Of a DNA stretch of 64,000 bases, positions 63,601 to 64,000 are shown piece by piece. Each line of letters begins with the position of its first letter. Positions within the stretch are counted from its first letter, which is position 1. Source of the DNA: an uncultured virus (IMG/VR IMGVR_UViG_3300003962_000201) (Duplodnaviria; Heunggongvirae; Uroviricota; Caudoviricetes); the IMG/VR virus record IMGVR_UViG_3300003962_000201. One strand, 5' to 3'. Made by a program: the position numbers and the translations under genes. The notes beneath the pieces were generated by a model, which was given only the letters and a program-made list of their open reading frames with translations, did not search any database and had not been told where the DNA came from.

Positions 63601-64000
63601 CCAACCTTGTATCAATCTTAAACCAAGATGATGAAGTTTTTACAAGAGAAAGCAAACCTATAAAACATTTTTTCTCCGTTGAGAAGAGTTTTAACTCAAT
63701 CATTTCAAAAGAAATGTTGAAAATGTTTGGAACAATTCAGGCTTTTAATAATTTGATCGGCGAACCTGTTAATCGTTATAGACAAAATTATAAAATGCTT
63801 GAAAAAATGAGAAGCATTTATTTTAGCACGATTGAAAACAAACCGGATTTTGATAGGTTCTTGGAATACTTTAAATGGATTGATAGTTCAATTTCCACGA
63901 TTGTCTATCAATTAATTCCGGCGACCGCAATTGCTTCTCAAAAAATTCGAAATGTTGTTGAAAGCCACATTTTAGAGAGAAATAAGTATTGGACCAAGTT
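60639..64000 (+). CDS. Very large virion protein with LamG-like domains, 3'-partial (absent from ORF track)
   Basis: ATG 60639 MSIKNLF…FARWGSAEQYY…YPYDGS…TIEFWM…LDEFRFWK…YYKFNEG; no stop seen before the window end. Confidence 0.85.
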   Translation, partial: MSIKNLFNKNDILQILPATTEEEISREIESEGYISSFIEEQNKFLPRVDLSNPANFARWGSAEQYYLDSIEYIAETYPYDGSLKEKVNWSLSSSYLDLYLFENEYPRVNGYVNLGLNYGTQVSSSSNYSLVDNLSYIFLKGGPNSASAGMEGKPLAETFNLSNYYSTASNRENNLEIDPNAGITIEFWMNKVSASVGSGKQVIFDLWNSRSYADTNYGRIRLEIRPQITGSQNQFFLEIRSGSSGLSAQRADTTIPIGNNLLITGSDWKQYSLTVKNSGSQMVAELWTSGVLNDTIITGSSIGAITGSMIATIGSLITSVSGANGGLGWGKLSASLDEFRFWKVKRNAEQIGRYWFTQVGGGTNTDLANTNLGIYYKFNEGVWNSSSIDYADAKILDYSGRISNGNLVGYSLGMRSTSSAMVLAGATEREFQDPIIYLSHPRVQEFLSAKQEIGFNHDVSGSSNLYFMFPAWIREEDEKDNAFVLKKFSQIIGKSFDDLHLQIESFSKIKHPDYTETTERPYNFTSRLVNSTGLFVPELFTQAEALEALANRSEIEEFENKLYEIKSRIYENIYNNLSFINKSKGTEKSFRNLFHAFGVDDDLLKVNLYVDGETYKFENNLKFGVARKKFADFNNPDRFDATIYQFTSSQTNSRSFISNLSGTRFNGETYEIECLFPKKFERDSELYFETTFLSSSIFGGHTANTGTTQNNLGWNSPDIFNFQVYSVRESQESKNVYFQLTGTSGGSVPNLTSSVFKDVYDNSKWNLFVRIKPNGYPYASATSGSISTYTIEFIGKNYVLDVLVNSFAVSSTIPSSFLSGARRMYAGAHRQNFTGTVIDRTDVKISNLRYWVSALEDEVLDLHAKDAFNYGTINPIQNAYLSDRNLFGNDIQQIPYGQTLALYWDFSSVSSSGPSSDGNPTTYDATFEVADLSSGSAELRQSLPAIRDAVNYFYPGIGGFYPPNDTNAINQEYLQNAELMLPEVQNSSNLVSILNQDDEVFTRESKPIKHFFSVEKSFNSIISKEMLKMFGTIQAFNNLIGEPVNRYRQNYKMLEKMRSIYFSTIENKPDFDRFLEYFKWIDSSISTIVYQLIPATAIASQKIRNVVESHILERNKYWTK

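Noticed and set aside
20..64000. Numerous antisense or nested ORFs in the track (e.g. 20..313, 91..345, 8333..8602, 42640..43188, 62506..62859)
   Set aside because: They overlap well-supported genes in other frames or lie in the GC-rich end, and have no recognisable motifs

Overview
AT-rich, gene-dense window from a large (jumbo-type) myophage genome read in the standard genetic code. From 1 to about 9.2 kb there is a GC-rich non-coding end, then accessory genes (HNH nucleases, ATP-grasp, GNAT, KTSC, a Cys-repeat/vWA lipoprotein). Next come three tRNAs, four tandem ~400-aa paralogues that are probably virion proteins, a PIN-PhoH gene split by two inteins at its Walker A and B motifs, and a Cas4-like nuclease. 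A ~24-kb glycan island (23.4-47.8 kb) carries about 8 glycosyltransferase genes, 3 methyltransferases and heptose/GDP-fucose pathway enzymes. A gp55-like late sigma factor and a baseplate/virion module run off the right end. The strongest unexplained signal is a family of about 20 dispersed 58-86-aa microproteins with highly divergent bodies but a shared C-terminal helix (hydrophobic-[S/N/D]-x3-[I/V]-[K/R]-x-F-K-x-L-stop). They are slotted by stop/start overlap between the glycan genes, and at 43.7-44.9 kb they form a cassette-like array punctuated by a 22-nt repeat. Other signals are near-total avoidance of the 4-mer ATAT, a TA(A/T)TTA putative late promoter 6-9 nt upstream of start codons (leaderless mRNAs), and (S/T)GS-rich virion proteins beside the glycosylation island. 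All calls come from motif recognition by eye; no database searches or computed statistics were run.
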